Shown here: in pieces, positions 60,305-64,000 of the stretch | Numbering within the stretch: position 1 is the stretch's first letter | How the letters are laid out: every line of letters starts with the position of its first letter | Made by a program: the position numbers and the translations under genes | Notes under the pieces: generated by a model | Databases searched by the model: none | What the model was told of the DNA's origin: nothing | The model's input: the letters and a program-made list of their open reading frames with translations, nothing else | Assembly: GCA_016748015.1 (NCBI GenBank) | Contig: JAAOMT010000328.1 | Span: 450,955-514,954 of the forward strand | Direction of reading: 5' to 3' | Length of the DNA: 64,000 nucleotides | DNA from: Geosiphon pyriformis uo1 | Taxonomy: Eukaryota > Fungi > Glomeromycota

Positions 60305-63300
60305 TTTGTCTCATTCATGACAATCCGTCAGCATTTCTATTGTTTTTTCTCTTTTTATAATGTACTGTATAATTAAATGGTGAAAGTTTTATTTTCCATC
60401 TGGCATAGCAATTGTCTGCAAATTCTTGTTTCTGAATTGAAGTCAATCCTTTGTAATTGGTATAAACATCAAACTTTTGGCTCAAGTATTCTCTCCATTT
60501 TATAACTGCCCAATAGATAGCTAAGTGTTCTAATGCTGGAGTTTCATAGTTCTTCTCAGCTGGACTTAAGTTTCTACTGGCATAAGCTACTGGATGTTCT
60601 CTTCCATCTGGTTCTTTCTGTGACAGCATTGCTCCCAATGCTTGGCCAAATGCATTAGTAGTAATAATGAATGGTTTGCTGTAATCTGAATACATCAATA
60701 CTGGAGCTTGGATAAGTTTTTTTCTTAATATGTCAAAAGCTTTTTGCTGGGTTTCTGTCTATTCATACTTCACATTCTTTGTTTAGAGTTGGTGTAATAG
60801 TTGAGCTATTTTGGAAAAATTGTTGATAAAGCAGCAGTAGTATTTGGCAAATTCCAAAAATGCTCTCAATTATTTGGTACTGGAAAGTTCTTGACAATCT
60901 TTATCTTGTCTGGATCTGTTTTGATTCCATTTTTACTCACTACATGTCCCAAAAACTTGAGTTCAGTTTTTCCAAAGAAACATTTGGTTGCATTTAGTCT
61001 CAATCCGGCTCTTTTTAATCTTTCAAACACTTGTTGAAAATGATGTAGATGATCATCAAATGTTTTTGAGAACACATTAGTGTTATCCAAGTATACAACT
61101 ACTGATTTCCATAGTAGTCTAGTATAGACAATTTTCATGAACCATTGGAATGTTGCTGGGATGTTCATCAAGCCAAATAGCATGACTTCAAATTCAAAAT
61201 TCCCTTTTCTTGTGGTAAATGCTGTTTTCTCTTTGTCGGCTGGATCCATGGCTACTTGCCAGTAACCACTGTCTAGATTTAATGTTGAGAACCATTTATT
61301 TCCTCCAAAAGTGTCAAATAGTTCTTGGATCTTTAGAGTTGGATAGCTATTATCTTTAGTCACTCCATTCAGTTTTCAATAATCCACACAAAAGTGGATT
61401 TTTTCATTTTTTTTCTGGACTAGTACCACTGGTGATGACCATGGATTCATTGATGGCTGAATTAGCCTGTTGTCAAGCATCTGGTTGATTCCTTGACAAA
61501 TGATCTCATAGCTAGCTGGTGGTACTCTGTATGCTCTTTGCTTAATTGGCATTGCATCTCCAGTCTTGATCTGATGCTGGATGATGTTGGTGCAGTCAAA
61601 TTCATTTTCACTTGCAAAGATGTCATTGAAATTGTTGAACAACATTTTGGGCTGCATCTGTTGAAATGGATCTAAGTTGCTCATGTTCATTTGTTCCAAT
61701 TGTTCCAGTTGGAGCAAATAACATTCATTTCATCTGTAGATGGTTTGTGATGTAATGTCCACATATCCACAAAGCTGTGGAAAATCTGGAATATGGTTTG
61801 GCAGTTGGTTCTCAACTTTGGTGGTTAAATATCCAATGATAGTTCTTTTTGGTATTTCAATAATGCATCTCATTGGGTTGTAGATGGGAATTTTGATATT
61901 TTTGGGGCTATTGGCTGATATGTAGAGATTGGTGAGTCCAATTTCTCCTGATTTGCAAATAGTAGCTTCTGCTTCAAACAACTGAGCTTGATTCTTTACT
62001 TCTCTCTTTATGGCTAACATATACTGGTCATATGGTAGAATGAAGATTGATTGATGAGTTGAAATAATTTCTCTTTTGTCAACAATTTCTTTCTTTGCCA
62101 TATTGACTAATATATCTATTCTACCTGTTAATTCAAATCCTTGTATCCCTCTAGCTGTAATCCCTAATTCTTTCCTGTTTTTCACTGATACTAACTGAGC
62201 TATTTTCACCAGAGGTAGGAATATTGCCTGTGCTATTTTTTTGTTTGGGTCTATGGTATATGCTTTTTCTGAATTATTTTGTAGCATAGCAATAATATTC
62301 CCTACATATCCTGCATTAATTATTTCTCCTTTGATGTTTATTCCTTTTTTTGCTAAACTACTTCTGGATGCTAGTTGAATCATTGTTGTTGCTAAGATTT
62401 TTAATGCTACTTTGAAATCAATGCAGATGTGCGAATGTGGTTCCAATTTAATGGGATTTTTCCCTGGATATCTCAGATCAAATCCTGCATCAGTATTGTG
62501 CACATACTCAGGCATGATATCTTCATTATTATCGCTGAATCATTTTAGTTCCTGCTCCTTGGTAAGGTCAGGAAGTGTGATAAATATTTTGGGATATGAA
62601 TCAGATTTTGAATTGTCATAATTTGTGTTGCTAATTGGAGTGGAGCTGGAACCATTGTTTTTATCATCATTGTTGTTGGAGTTTGAATCAGGATTGAAAA
62701 CTGATTTCAATTCTGATGTACAGCTGCTTATTGGTTTGTTTTTTTTTGGGATTGTGTAGATCATGCATGGTGGTGGATTGTAAATGAGGTCACACTCATT
62801 ACAATATTAAAAGTCACAAGGAATTAGGCAGTGTTGACATAGTCAAATATTCAATTGTTCTAAGTGTTGCTCTTGCTCTTCTCTTGTGGGTGCTAACTTC
62901 TGGTAGTGTTCATGAAATTGTTCTGGATCTAGAAGATTTATGACTAGTTCTGGATCCCAGTCAAGTTCTATGAATTCTGATGAGTTGTTTTTGATTTTTC
63001 TGATTTCTTCAGACAATGCTCCTTCTATCTTGGCCATTGTCATTCTCCAGATCTTGTTGTCATTGTATGGACAACTGTCTAATCGCTGCACAGCTCTTCT
63101 CCAAGCGGCTTCTATTGGAGTTTCTTTTTTGACCCAGTCACTGATAAGAATTGTGTATTAACACAAAGTGTTGTACGTTCTTCCTTAACCAGGAATATCA
63201 TTCCACATTCCTTCGTCAAGTAAGGTTTCACCACAAGCTAGGCAAGATTCATTGTTCCATTTTTCTTGTCTTTTCGGTTGTCTAAAGCATTCTATGACAC

Positions 63301-64000
63301 ATGTGCAGTAGTAGAATTTGGTTGCTGTTTGGTATTCCTTATCATTGTCATAGCATACATCTATTGACAACAATTTCTTGTCACAATTGACGTATATTAA
63401 TTTGGGTTGGCAATAGTTTGACTGTTGTGATGGAGCATAAGTGTCTGGAATATAAGTATTGTTGGCTTGGATAGTGTCTTTTTCTTTTCCTTTCTCTTTG
63501 CCTCTTTCTTTTTCTTCTTCCTACCCCCAATTTACTGTCAGTTTGTTGTCGTCATTGTCAGTCCATGTCAGATTGTCAGTTTCTCAGATGAGTTCTTCTC
63601 TTTGTTTTTTTTTTACTGGCTCATCCCATAATAGTATTGGCAGCAGTTTATTGTGGTTATTGTCAGCCCACAACACTTGGTATGCCTCCCAGGTAGGTTT
63701 TGGTTTTTTTTCTTTCAGTTCAATCAATAGTGTAAAGAGATGATTTGATTTAAAGTGACCACAGATGGCTGGTACTCTTGTATGTTGGTTATGCTAACTG
63801 AGTTGAACCTCTTGCATGTTCCAGTCCATAACAGCACTGGCTTTGAACAACTAGTCATTGCCAACAAGGGCCTAGTACTGGGTGGCTTCCATTACCAGTA
63901 CCTTAATTAGTATAATGATGCCATTGACTTCTATGGGTAGATTGTCAATCTCTCCAATGGGTGTTTTGGTCACTTCATCGGCTGTGATAATTCTGATGCT
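60300..64000 (-). pseudogene. pol: B4 PR(part)-Cys-rich-dUTPase-RT-RNase H
   Basis: ORF track 60315-63373 carries RT, RH and dUTPase motifs. Confidence 0.92.
62118..62500 (-). pseudogene. dut: dUTPase domain of B4
   Basis: DAGFDL, ASRSSLA, IINAGYVGN, KIAQAIF, RGIQGF..TG. Confidence 0.9.

Larger units (their letters stand above)
57261..64000 (-). mobile_element. dUTPase-bearing Ty3/Gypsy retrotransposon B4 (runs off the right edge)
   Basis: 3' LTR 57261-58147, PPT 58148-58163, ORF3, IN, RH-RT-dUTPase-Cys-rich-PR. Confidence 0.92.

Overview
AT-rich eukaryotic DNA, probably fungal. The proteins resemble repeats I recall from Glomeromycotina such as Geosiphon; this assignment is unverified. No host gene is recognisable. 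The window is a nest of degenerate retroelements. There are three related Ty3/Gypsy-type LTR families (A, B, C), a solo LTR of a fourth family (D), two APE-RT-RNase H LINEs arranged tail-to-tail, and an ORF1-only LINE-like element. Nearly all ORFs are broken by C>T/G>A transitions. The most notable signal is the architecture of the LTR elements, seen in full in family B. One frame encodes gag, protease, a Cys-rich domain, dUTPase, RT and RNase H, and stops right after RNase H. Integrase follows as a separate ATG-initiated ORF after a ~30-nt A-rich spacer. A conserved ~210-250-aa ORF3 of unknown function then ends inside the polypurine tract. The split integrase and ORF3 occur in A, B and C; dUTPase is seen in B and C. 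Families A and B share an 18-nt tRNA PBS, LTRs end TGTTA...TAACA, and complete insertions have 4-bp TSDs. Two 20-N gaps with duplicated flanks are assembly artefacts.
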